Positions 9,351 to 18,425 of a DNA stretch of 64,000 nt are shown here, one piece after another. The stretch's first letter is position 1; each line of letters opens with the position of its first letter. Source of the DNA: Holosporales bacterium (GTDB taxonomy: Bacteria; Pseudomonadota; Alphaproteobacteria; Paracaedibacterales; CANFPP01); contig CANFPP010000009.1 of the NCBI GenBank assembly GCA_947449005.1, forward strand, positions 796 to 64,795, in the 5' to 3' direction. The notes beneath the pieces are model-generated. The model worked only from the letters and a program-made list of their open reading frames with translations. It was not told the origin of the DNA and did not search any database. The position numbers and the translations under genes are program-made.

Positions 9351-10280
9351 GTGGACTGTAAATTGTTAAAGATAATTTTCTTATTTTTACTCATTGATAC
9401 GACATGCGTTCATTCAATGGAAAGTGAAGTAATCCACCACCATAAAGTTCTTGATGATGGTTCTGTAGTCGAACATACTTATTGTTTCAATCAAATAAAA
9501 TATAATGAACTTTCCGCTCAATACTTATCCCTTGATTGCATACCTGAATTAAAATCTTATGCTTATTTAGGAGAAATAAATTTTGAGAAATTTCATTATT
9601 TACAAATGCAAATGGTAGCGCACATTGGAGGCAAAAGCCCATACTCACAAGCAGCAACCGATGGTATTTATGATTGTGTTGGAATTGTATTAATTAGAGG
9701 GAGAGATAATGCTGCGTTGGTGACACATGCATTGGCTTCAGAAGACTTTGGATGTTTTGAGGATTATCTATCTGATTTTACAAATGAAAGAACAGATGAT
9801 ACACGTGTACACCTCGTAACTTGCTATAATTCTCCATTTTTATTAAGTGTCATTGATATCTTAAGAAGTTTCAATCTTGAGATCAGCACCTTAAATAGAA
9901 GAAAATTGCCCAACGGTCAGCATGTTATATCTGAAAAATATTTTGAAGAAACATTCCCTCACTGTAAATATTTTATGCCAGAAAATTGTAGAAATTTAGT
10001 AAGACCAGACTATACTCATGGACTTGAAGATCCGTTTCTGCATACTTACACGGATAACCCAGTAGAATTGTTTGTAGATATAGATTTAGGGTACGTTGGT
10101 TTTAATATCCCATCTGTTGATGTTAAAAAATTTAATGTTAGGTATTGGGAGGATATGGATAGTTTATTACCAGAAGAACGAAATATGATAATTCAAACAT
10201 ATCCGCATCTGCAAAGAGCACAAAAAGAATTTTTCTTAAGAGTTAAACAAAAAGATGCATCTTTTTATCTAGTTTCTTGA
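9351..10280 (+). CDS. Orphan exported protein with a CheD-like Thr/Cys/His motif
   Basis: GTG start and hydrophobic N-terminus 'LLKIIFLFLLIDTTCVHS'. 'ATDGIYDCVGIVLIRGRDNAALVTHA' (T103, C109, H126) matches the spacing of the CheD deamidase active site. The rest has no recognisable similarity. Confidence 0.4.
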   Translation: MDCKLLKIIFLFLLIDTTCVHSMESEVIHHHKVLDDGSVVEHTYCFNQIKYNELSAQYLSLDCIPELKSYAYLGEINFEKFHYLQMQMVAHIGGKSPYSQAATDGIYDCVGIVLIRGRDNAALVTHALASEDFGCFEDYLSDFTNERTDDTRVHLVTCYNSPFLLSVIDILRSFNLEISTLNRRKLPNGQHVISEKYFEETFPHCKYFMPENCRNLVRPDYTHGLEDPFLHTYTDNPVELFVDIDLGYVGFNIPSVDVKKFNVRYWEDMDSLLPEERNMIIQTYPHLQRAQKEFFLRVKQKDASFYLVS

Positions 10281-10407
10281 TCAAACATCGAAATTTTCCA
10301 TGCCTATGGTGGCACTAAAAAACTATAAATTATACTGTGACTAAAATATTGTAAAAAAATAAACAAATCTTATATATTGCGAATGAAACTATATAGGGTT
10401 AAATAAC

Positions 10408-10710
10408 GTGAATTTAAAATACTTAATCTCATCTGCACTCATATCAACCTCACTTTTTGCCGCTGAAAATTCTGTTAATGATGCAGCAACACTATCTTTA
10501 GATGAAGCAGCAACTCGGATTCAAAGAAGGTTTAGGCTTCCTCTAGATAAAAAGCTCCATGGCATAAAAGATGAGCTTTCGCCTGAAGCAGCACTCGTTC
10601 ATTGGACATTGGGGGCTCCTTATCAAGGAGAGGAATTTGCTGCAACAGAACATGCAGAGGAATGGTTTTTTTTACGCGATAAGCTGCTTGGGCCCCCCCT
10701 CAAAAGTTGA
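10408..10710 (+). CDS. Small exported orphan protein with an IQ-like motif
   Basis: Signal-peptide-like 'MNLKYLISSALISTSLFAAEN'. 'AATRIQRRFRLPLDKK' is IQ-like. A C7 tract lies at 10693-10699 near the stop. Confidence 0.4.
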   Translation: MNLKYLISSALISTSLFAAENSVNDAATLSLDEAATRIQRRFRLPLDKKLHGIKDELSPEAALVHWTLGAPYQGEEFAATEHAEEWFFLRDKLLGPPLKS

Positions 10711-10720
10711 GTAGTAAGAA

Positions 10721-10793
10721 TCTATGGATGTTGATCAGCTAACGCCACGTCAGGCGCTGGATCAAATGTATTATTTGAAGGGGCTGATTTAGG
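10721..10793 (+). pseudogene. Duplicated 3-prime end of mutS (last 23 codons plus stop)
   Basis: Aligned by eye to 9091-9163: 73 nt with 4 mismatches (positions equivalent to 9096, 9144, 9145, 9154). Three of the four are synonymous in the mutS frame. Confidence 0.9.
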
Positions 10794-11022
10794 AGTAAAA
10801 AATTACAATTAATTTTCTCCTTCATTTTCACATCAAAAATAGCATTGCTATTTTACCGTCCATCCTTAGAAAAACTAGGTCGAGTTCAATGGGCTACCAA
10901 AAAGATGCGCTTGGGCTTCAATTTTGGTGGTAAAGTTGCGCCAATTCTTTAGCGTTGACAGATGAAAATCCTTTATGTTTAGATTGATTTTATTAAAATG
11001 ATAATTAATTCAGAGTAAATGT

Positions 11023-11901
11023 ATGGAATCAAAGGATTTGGCACTAATAGAATCTTTAATAAATGAATTAAAGGTTAATAATCAGATATTGCATTCTAAT
11101 TACTTGCATTTCCTCAATTTAAAAGATTTAATTCTGCAAAAAATAAGTTATGATTTCCAAAAAACTGATCAAAACCCATTCAATAAATTTGGCAAAAAAT
11201 GTTTTTCCCAAACAGATGAAGATGGCCTTACTATTGAAATAATTAGACGGCTCGGCATTCAAAAGGGGATATACGCTGAATTTGGAGTAGGCGATGGTTT
11301 AGAAAATAATACGTTAATTTTGGCTGCTCTTGGCTGGAGTGGATTTTGGGTTGGTGGTGAAGACCTTGCTTTTGACTATTCTAAGGCGAAAAAATTTAAA
11401 TATATTAAAGATTGGATAACATTAGAAAATATATCCGGGCATGCAACAACAGGGCTCAATAGTCTAAATGCAACGTCAGTTGATGTTATTTCGCTAGACC
11501 TTGATGGCAACGATTTTTATTTTGCTCAAAAATTATTACAAGATAAAATGTTGCCAAAGCTTTTTATTGTTGAATATAGCGCAAAATTTCCACCGCCTGT
11601 AAAATTTAAGATTGACTATTCAGAAAATCACCAGTGGATTGGTGATGATTATTTTGGTGCATCTTTAAGTAGCTTTAATGAACTGTTTAACCAGTTCGAT
11701 TACCAACTAATTTGCTGCAACTCAGGCACTGGCGGTAATGCTTTTTTTGTAAAAAAAGAATTTATTCATCTTTTTACTGATGTGCCTACTGATATTAATA
11801 AACTTTATATTGGTCCGCGGTATTTTTTGTATAATTTACATGGACATAGAAACTCTGCTAAAACTATAGAGCTGATTTTTAATCGAGAAGAAGAGTACTA
11901 A
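11023..11901 (+). CDS. FkbM-like / class I SAM-dependent methyltransferase-like protein
   Basis: 'FSQTDEDGLTIEIIRRLGIQKGIYAEFGVGDGLENNTLILAALGWSGFWVGG' and 'DLDGNDFY' resemble the FkbM-type methyltransferase fold. By-eye call only. Confidence 0.5.
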   Translation: MESKDLALIESLINELKVNNQILHSNYLHFLNLKDLILQKISYDFQKTDQNPFNKFGKKCFSQTDEDGLTIEIIRRLGIQKGIYAEFGVGDGLENNTLILAALGWSGFWVGGEDLAFDYSKAKKFKYIKDWITLENISGHATTGLNSLNATSVDVISLDLDGNDFYFAQKLLQDKMLPKLFIVEYSAKFPPPVKFKIDYSENHQWIGDDYFGASLSSFNELFNQFDYQLICCNSGTGGNAFFVKKEFIHLFTDVPTDINKLYIGPRYFLYNLHGHRNSAKTIELIFNREEEY

Positions 11902-11942
11902 GTGATAGTGAGATTTGTTTTCTCTCTTCATCCACGCTAACC

Positions 11943-12548
11943 TTAAACTATAAAGAGCTCTGTAGTTTTAGGGATTTCTGTACCTGACATTGATTGTCTG
12001 TTTACCCTTAATGTTGTTACTTTTCTCGTTGCCTTTGGCAGCATTAATTCTTTTCTCAAGCCATCTCTTAACATATTTAATAAAACTTCACACTGAATAT
12101 TGCCATCGTGATTAAGATGGTACTGCTCTATTAATGAACAAACTAATTTTATTTCTCTTCGCTCTCCATACAATTGAATAATGGTGAAAGATTTTTCAAG
12201 ACCATCTAGGTATGAGTCGTATTCAGTGCTCTGAGGATCTCTCCTGATGTATAAAGCAATGCCTTCATAAGCAGCACTTAAATACTCTATTCTTTTTACT
12301 CTTCGAATGTTTTCATTGGCAGCTTTGGAGGTGATAAGCCAGCCTAAGATTGCGACACTTATGACACTTATTGTTAAGCCGTTCCCAGTTTTTTCTTGTT
12401 CTGAAAAAGAATGAATCCCGTAAATTGTAACGATAATGCTGCATAAAATAATAAGCCAGTAACGCTTCCAACGATTAAAAAACTTAAAAATATTTTCTGA
12501 TAATTTTCTGACAGTTTCATCTATAGCAATGTTCATTTTGTTTTTCAT
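11943..12548 (-). CDS. Hypothetical membrane protein (two N-terminal TM segments, soluble C-terminal domain)
   Basis: Hydrophobic stretches 'YWLIILCSIIVTIYGI' and 'LTISVISVAILGWLITS'. No recognisable motif. Confidence 0.4.
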   Translation of the reverse strand: MKNKMNIAIDETVRKLSENIFKFFNRWKRYWLIILCSIIVTIYGIHSFSEQEKTGNGLTISVISVAILGWLITSKAANENIRRVKRIEYLSAAYEGIALYIRRDPQSTEYDSYLDGLEKSFTIIQLYGERREIKLVCSLIEQYHLNHDGNIQCEVLLNMLRDGLRKELMLPKATRKVTTLRVNRQSMSGTEIPKTTELFIV

Positions 12549-12785
12549 TTCTCTGTATTTTAATTTTAAGGAAAATAGTTATTTTTTATTATTAATATGT
12601 AAGTAGTATTAACCATAATTGCAATTAAGAAAATCTAATATAAATGATGGTGGTTTGAGCAGAACTAAAGTTTTATTCTTCCTAAAAGTCTTTTGTTTTT
12701 CATTTTGATTTATAAATATAATTTTATTGATTTAATAATTAATTAAACAAATTCATTATATACTATAATCTATAGGAGAATTTTC

Positions 12786-13169
12786 ATGAATAAATTTATT
12801 CTTTCTACTGTCTTTGTTCTTTGCATACCATCTGTCTTTGCCATGGAGAAGGGAGATAAAGAACTTTTCAATGCTCCGACTCTTACTACATTTAAAAAAA
12901 TTTCTTTAGACAGTGGAAATCCTACATCATTACTAGCATTGCTGATTGATAACTCTGATAAAAGTATTAGAAAGGAACAGGAAATGAGTCCTGGTTCTCA
13001 TCCTGAAGTAATCAGCAAGTCTTTTATCTTGAGTCTCTTTAACGATGAAGATTTAATTAACTTTAGCAACGGTAAAAATCCCGACAATCTCAAGCTAAAA
13101 GTTTCATTGTGCAGTAGTAATGATCAAACGATATGTGGGGCTTCTTGCTATTTAGGGTCAAAGAAATAA
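12786..13169 (+). CDS. Small exported orphan protein
   Basis: Signal peptide 'MNKFILSTVFVLCIPSVFAME'. No recognisable family. Confidence 0.4.
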   Translation: MNKFILSTVFVLCIPSVFAMEKGDKELFNAPTLTTFKKISLDSGNPTSLLALLIDNSDKSIRKEQEMSPGSHPEVISKSFILSLFNDEDLINFSNGKNPDNLKLKVSLCSSNDQTICGASCYLGSKK

Positions 13170-13205
13170 AAAAGTAACAATTATAGTTGCTTATATTTCT
13201 TACAC

Positions 13206-14363
13206 TCAAGGCGTATTAAGAAGTTCTAGCGCGGCTTTACCAAAAATATCATAGCGCCAGGACCTGAGGATTGGATTATCTGCACGTTGATCTTTGACGA
13301 AGGATTCGATGTCGTGGCGGCTGGCGATTAAATGTGGCGGCAATCCAGATTCAAGGGATGACTGAGCTAAGAGATCACGAAGATCTTCTACTTGATCACG
13401 AAACTTAAGGGAGAGAGGGGTGCGTAAAAATTGCTTCATCTCCTCTTGCATTTGTGTTTTTCGAAATTCTCTGTCGGGTGAATCTTCTGAAATTAAACTC
13501 CGCGAAACTTGCAGGCATTCAAAAAGATCTGGAAGTAGTTTTAGTTTTTTAATCTCGTGGCGATGTTTTTTAAAAAGATCTTCAAATTCGCTGATATCGG
13601 TTACAAGCGATGCGCTAAGTGTCGTTAGCATTTTATCTTCAACAAGCCAAGCGCGTGGCAGGTTGTGAGCTTGTGCCTTTTCTTCACGCCAAAAGGCGAG
13701 GTCTTTTAGGACAGATAAGACTTTCCAATCTTTAATCGATCCACCGACTCTGTGCCAAGCATGTTCAAGGCGAGCGTTGTAGACATTTTTATCTTCTAGA
13801 GTGCGGCATTCTTCTATAACCCATTCCAACCGATTAAGATCAGATAACTTTTGACACAAGATTGGGTAGAGAGTGCGAAGATGCAGAACATCATCCAGAG
13901 CATATGTTAATTGAGAATCTCTCAAGGGGCGCTGGGCCCAATTGGTGTGTTGCGAAGATTTGTCAATCGTGATGCCCAATAGATTTTGCACCAGACCATC
14001 ATAGCTAAGCCCCACCCCGAGGCCTGCAAAAGTTGCGGCAATTTGCGTGTCGAAAATAGGATAGGGGACTTCTTTGAAAGTATTCCAAAAAATTTCTAAA
14101 TCTTGGCGGCCAGAATGAAAAATTTTTATAATGCTTTGATTTCGAAAGATTTCTTTTAAGGGAGAAAGATCCATATTGTTTGCCAATGGATCGATAATGG
14201 CAGCTTGGTTTGGTGTGGCAATTTGTACAAGACACAGTTGCGGGTAATAGGTTGATTGGCGCGCAAACTCCGTATCAACCGCAATAAAATCCGGGTTTTC
14301 CTTATTAATTGCATCACAAAAATCTAAAAACACAGATGATTCTGTGATTACAGGAACTGCCAT
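13206..14363 (-). CDS. rnd: Ribonuclease D
   Basis: DEDD 3-prime-5-prime exonuclease motifs '[10 protein letters not shown]', '[11 protein letters not shown]', 'YALDDVLHL', followed by an HRDC-like region. 385 aa. Confidence 0.9.
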   Translation of the reverse strand: MAVPVITESSVFLDFCDAINKENPDFIAVDTEFARQSTYYPQLCLVQIATPNQAAIIDPLANNMDLSPLKEIFRNQSIIKIFHSGRQDLEIFWNTFKEVPYPIFDTQIAATFAGLGVGLSYDGLVQNLLGITIDKSSQHTNWAQRPLRDSQLTYALDDVLHLRTLYPILCQKLSDLNRLEWVIEECRTLEDKNVYNARLEHAWHRVGGSIKDWKVLSVLKDLAFWREEKAQAHNLPRAWLVEDKMLTTLSASLVTDISEFEDLFKKHRHEIKKLKLLPDLFECLQVSRSLISEDSPDREFRKTQMQEEMKQFLRTPLSLKFRDQVEDLRDLLAQSSLESGLPPHLIASRHDIESFVKDQRADNPILRSWRYDIFGKAALELLNTP

Positions 14364-14456
14364 TCTATTCTCACTTTAAGGTGTACCTTGACAAAAGTAC
14401 ACTTTCCATGTCTCTTTGACGATAGAAAACATTATGAATTTTTGGAAAATAAGAGA

Positions 14457-16247
14457 ATGAGTTTACTACATTGTTATCGCACACACACATGCGGGCAGCT
14501 AACTTTAGAAGATGCTGGAAAAAGCGCTCGTATATCTGGGTGGGTTCACCGAAAGCGTGACCATGGTAATTTGGTGTTTATTGACGTACGTGATCATTAC
14601 GGCATAACACAGTGTGTTATTGACAGTGACAGTCCTTGTTTTCAAATTGCAGAAAGTCTGCGCAATGAAAGCGTGATAACTGTTGATGGAGAAGTCGCAG
14701 AGAGAACTGCAGACACTGTTAACACTAAGATGACAACTGGGGCGATTGAACTCAAAGTTAATGCGATTATAGTGCAATCTGCTGCAGAAATGCTTCCTCT
14801 TCAAGTTAACAATAATGCTGATTTTCCAGAAGAAACACGTCTTACGTATCGCTTTTTAGATCTGCGCAAAGAAAAATTGCATGCCAATATTGTTTTGCGT
14901 TCGCAAATTATTTCTTCAATCCGCAAGCGTATGATTGATCAAGGGTTTATGGAGTTTCAAACACCAATCTTAACGTCATCCTCTCCAGAGGGTGCGCGTG
15001 ATTTTCTCGTTCCTAGCCGTCTGCACCCAGGTCAGTTTTATGCACTCCCTCAGGCGCCTCAACAATTTAAGCAGCTTTTGATGGTTGCTGGGTTTGATCG
15101 TTATTTTCAAATTGCCCCTTGTTTTAGAGATGAAGATGCGCGTGCTGATCGCTCTCCTGGTGAATTTTATCAGTTAGACTTTGAAATGTCTTTTGTGACA
15201 CAAGAAGATGTATTCGCTGCAATTGAGCCAGTTTTGACTGGCGTTTTCGAAGAGTTTGCAAATGGTCGGACTGTTAGTCCTTATCCTTATCCGCGGATTT
15301 CCTTTTATGATGCTATGTTGAAATATGGATGTGATAAACCTGATCTTCGAAATCCTTTGTTGATTACAGATGTGACCAATGTATTTGCTGATTCTGGATT
15401 TTCAATCTTTGCAAAAGCAATTGCGAATGGTGCTGTTGTTAGAGCGGTTCCAGCCCCTAAAGTCTCTGGACTTCCGCGCAGCTTTTTTGACAAGCTTAAT
15501 GGTTGGGCACAAGACCAAGGAATGGCTGGTCTCGGTTATATCATATTCGAGAATGGTGAAGCAAAAGGACCTATTGCAAAATTCCTAGACTCTGATCGTT
15601 TGAAAGATTTGAAAAATCAAATGAGCCTTGAAGATGGCGACGCTGCATTCTTTATTTGTGATAAAGTTAATAAAGCCGTTAAATATGCTGGTGCAACGCG
15701 AACAAAAGTTGGACAGGATCTCGGTTTAATTGAAGAAGGTACCTTTAAATTCTGTTGGATTGTTGATTTTCCAATGTTTGAAAGAGATGAGGAAACTGGG
15801 AAACTTGACTTTTCTCATAATCCATTTTCAATGCCACAAGGCGGTCTACACGCATTGGAGAACCAAGACCCTCTCGACATTAAAGCCTTTCAGTATGACA
15901 TTGTTTGTAATGGTATTGAGCTTTCTAGTGGTGCTATTCGAAATCACTTGCCTGAAGTTATGTACAAGGCATTTGCTCTTGTTGGTTACAGCAAGGAAGA
16001 GGTTGAGGCACGATTTGGTGGCTTATTGAACGCCTTTAAATTTGGAGCGCCACCGCATGGTGGATCTGCGCCTGGAATTGACAGAATTGTGATGTTGTTG
16101 GCGGATGAGCCGAACCTTCGTGAAGTTATTGCCTTCCCAATGAACCAACAGGCTCAGGATTTGCTGATGGGTGCGCCTTCACAAGTTGGAATTGATCGCC
16201 TGAAAGAATTGCATTTACAAGTAAAATTACCGGTTAAAATTGCTTAA
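14457..16247 (+). CDS. aspS: Aspartate--tRNA ligase
   Basis: 'RTHTCGQL', '[22 protein letters not shown]', class II motifs '[16 protein letters not shown]', '[24 protein letters not shown]', 'GGSAPGIDR'. I chose ATG 14457 over the track's TTG 14388 because the conserved N-terminus starts there. Confidence 0.95.
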   Translation: MSLLHCYRTHTCGQLTLEDAGKSARISGWVHRKRDHGNLVFIDVRDHYGITQCVIDSDSPCFQIAESLRNESVITVDGEVAERTADTVNTKMTTGAIELKVNAIIVQSAAEMLPLQVNNNADFPEETRLTYRFLDLRKEKLHANIVLRSQIISSIRKRMIDQGFMEFQTPILTSSSPEGARDFLVPSRLHPGQFYALPQAPQQFKQLLMVAGFDRYFQIAPCFRDEDARADRSPGEFYQLDFEMSFVTQEDVFAAIEPVLTGVFEEFANGRTVSPYPYPRISFYDAMLKYGCDKPDLRNPLLITDVTNVFADSGFSIFAKAIANGAVVRAVPAPKVSGLPRSFFDKLNGWAQDQGMAGLGYIIFENGEAKGPIAKFLDSDRLKDLKNQMSLEDGDAAFFICDKVNKAVKYAGATRTKVGQDLGLIEEGTFKFCWIVDFPMFERDEETGKLDFSHNPFSMPQGGLHALENQDPLDIKAFQYDIVCNGIELSSGAIRNHLPEVMYKAFALVGYSKEEVEARFGGLLNAFKFGAPPHGGSAPGIDRIVMLLADEPNLREVIAFPMNQQAQDLLMGAPSQVGIDRLKELHLQVKLPVKIA

Positions 16248-16252
16248 TAATG

Positions 16253-16447
16253 CTGGTGATATTGCACACTCTCGCCGTCATGGCGAGTCCGAAGGACGCG
16301 GCCATCCAGGAGAATTAACACATATAAAACAACCGGCTATTTTATATTATGGCAAATCAACGAAATGGAAAGATTTATATACAGATATTGTTTTACTGGA
16401 TGGCCACGCACCTACGGTGCTCGCCATGATGGCAGAGATTAATCATC
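16253..16447. mobile_element. MITE-like palindromic element (195 bp) with about 44-nt imperfect terminal inverted repeats and a 7-bp flanking direct repeat
   Basis: The left arm 16270-16313 (ctctcgccgtcatggcgagtccgaaggacgcggccatccaggag) pairs with the reverse complement of 16394-16438 (ctctgccatcatggcgagcaccgtaggtgcgtggccatccagtaa). AATAATG occurs at 16246-16252 and 16448-16454, flanking the element. No coding capacity. Confidence 0.65.
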
Positions 16448-16451
16448 AATA

Positions 16452-16954
16452 ATGTTCGGATAATTGGCCTTGATCCTGGCCTTCGGCATACGGGGTGGGG
16501 TGTTATTGACTCAAATGGCAATAGCTTAACGCATGTTGCACATGGGGTTATTAATACACGCTCGGGTGACGAACTTGCGGAACGGCTCAGTCATATTCAC
16601 CGTGAACTTATCAAGGTTATAGAGCTTTATGCGCCTATTGAGGCAGCGGTTGAGGAAACTTTCGTTAATAAAAATCCAAGCTCAACCCTTAAACTAGGGA
16701 TGGCACGTGGTGTGGTCTTGTGCGCCCCGGCCTTTGCCGGTTTAAAAGTGAGCGAATATTCAGCCAATCGTATTAAAAAATCGGTAGTCGGAGTAGGGCA
16801 TGCAGATAAAACCCAAGTCGCGATGATGGTACAAAGATTACTTCCTAAGGCTGCAAGTCCTGATGGTAACTCAATCATCGCTGATGCTGCGGATGCTTTA
16901 GCAACAGCAATTTGTCATGCGCATTATCGCAGGGTTAATGCACTGATTGGGTAA
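16452..16954 (+). CDS. ruvC: Holliday junction resolvase RuvC (start region disrupted, or a non-canonical start)
   Basis: Translation from 16454 gives 'VRIIGLDPGLRHTGWGVID...VEETFVNKNPSSTLKLGMARGVV...GHADKTQVAMMVQRLLP..DAADALATAICHAH', a full-length RuvC. The only nearby ATG (16452) is one nt out of frame. There is no ATG/GTG/TTG in frame between the stop at 16427 and the GLDPG motif. Confidence 0.85.
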
Positions 16955-18275
16955 ATCTTTTCAATGATATGCCCAATACAGTTCTCGCTTTTCTTCTTTC
17001 TAGCGCAGCTTTAGCGATTTCTGGATCTAGTGTATCCAATGTTTCTATTAACATAATAACAACAGAAAAATCGTTTAGTCTTTTTGTGAGGAGTTCATCA
17101 ACACAATCATTAACGACTATTGCTAGGATTTTTTTTGCACGTTTTTCATCTAATTTACTTAACAGCAGTTTTATTTGAACCATAGAGGTGGGAAAAAGCT
17201 GGTTAACTACTGACCAATCACATTTATCGATAAATACAAGAAAATTTTTCTTGAGTTCTTCTTTTAAAGTTTTTTCAGCAGATTCTCGACCTAACGAAAT
17301 CGATTCCCCAAGCATTGAGATACCCTCTGAAAAATTGTCATTGATTTCAGCTGATTTCAAAAGTTCACTAGCTTGACTATGGAGGGCCTGTGCTAAGACT
17401 CTTTGAGCGTATTCGCACCCCCCAAATTGGATTGATTCTCTTAATAATAAAATAGCTTGGGGTAAATCTTTTGTAGTGCCTTTCATGAAGCTAACGGAAT
17501 GATTGTAAAGGGCTTTGGCGAGGTTAGTTTTGGCAGATTCGCACCCTAAGACGACAGATTCTCTAAAAAGTTCAATTGCCTGAAGTGTTTTTTCAATATC
17601 TTTTGGACTTTTCATAAGCTTAATGGCAAAACTGTTTAGTGTTGCCGCTAATTTTTCTTGAGTGCATTCAAGCCTTAGGTTAAACAATTCTCTGAAAGTT
17701 GAAATGATTTGAGGTAAATCTGTTTCGAGATCGCTGCTCCCTTGCATGAGAGTATCAGCACGCGCGTAAAGTTTTGCTGCCAATGTTTGTTTATCATTTT
17801 CAAAATTAAATCTAAGAAATTTTTTAAAATCATCAATAAATTTGCGTGCATTTTCTTCATTACTATCGGTGCCTTCTGTGAGCTCAGAAAGATAAAGACT
17901 AAAGTCTGACGATAAAATTTCGTGATGATAAACAAGAAGCTCTGTGAAAAGCTCATTTGCCTTTGATAAGCTTTTTATCGCGCCTTGTGTTCCTTCGATA
18001 TGGTCGGCTGCATAATCATGTAATCCTCTTGCTAAAAGAAGTTTGTGAGATAGTTTTGATGGGCGTTCTACAGGGCCATATTTTCCTGCTAATGTAATAC
18101 CAATTTCGTGACTTAACGCCTCAAAAAGATGGATTTTCTTTTCGATTTTAGCTTCATTACGCTTAATTTCAAGTCGTTGTAACCACTCTAAAGGGTCAAT
18201 TTCTGCTGCAGCAAATATCGGTACTCTTGACAAAGAGCAAAAGATTAACATTAAAGCTATAAATCTTGATTTCAC
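16935..18275 (-). CDS. Exported helical-repeat (Sel1/TPR-like) protein
   Basis: Signal peptide 'MKSRFIALMLIFCSLSRVPIFAAAE'. Recurrent units of about 36 aa such as 'AKTNLAKALYNHSVSFMKGTTKDLPQAILLLRESIQFG'. The 3-prime end overlaps the ruvC 3-prime end by 20 nt (convergent). Confidence 0.45.
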   Translation of the reverse strand: MKSRFIALMLIFCSLSRVPIFAAAEIDPLEWLQRLEIKRNEAKIEKKIHLFEALSHEIGITLAGKYGPVERPSKLSHKLLLARGLHDYAADHIEGTQGAIKSLSKANELFTELLVYHHEILSSDFSLYLSELTEGTDSNEENARKFIDDFKKFLRFNFENDKQTLAAKLYARADTLMQGSSDLETDLPQIISTFRELFNLRLECTQEKLAATLNSFAIKLMKSPKDIEKTLQAIELFRESVVLGCESAKTNLAKALYNHSVSFMKGTTKDLPQAILLLRESIQFGGCEYAQRVLAQALHSQASELLKSAEINDNFSEGISMLGESISLGRESAEKTLKEELKKNFLVFIDKCDWSVVNQLFPTSMVQIKLLLSKLDEKRAKKILAIVVNDCVDELLTKRLNDFSVVIMLIETLDTLDPEIAKAALERRKARTVLGISLKRFTQSVH

Positions 18276-18425
18276 TAAAAAAACGTCCCGCTAAATAAAT
18301 TGTTTATTTTATATAGTGTTTAGTCTTTAAAACGTCAACAATATTTAATATATATTTTTTGTTATGAATCCCAATTTGTGATTAGGTTTTATAATCAGAC
18401 AATTTCCTGAAGATCAATTATGCTT

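Noticed and set aside
16240-16452. 70-aa ORF between aspS and ruvC ('..RRHGESEGRGHPGE..')
   Set aside because: It lies entirely within the MITE-like palindromic element. The peptide is the typical translation artefact of such repeats. It has no RBS context and starts inside the aspS 3-prime end.
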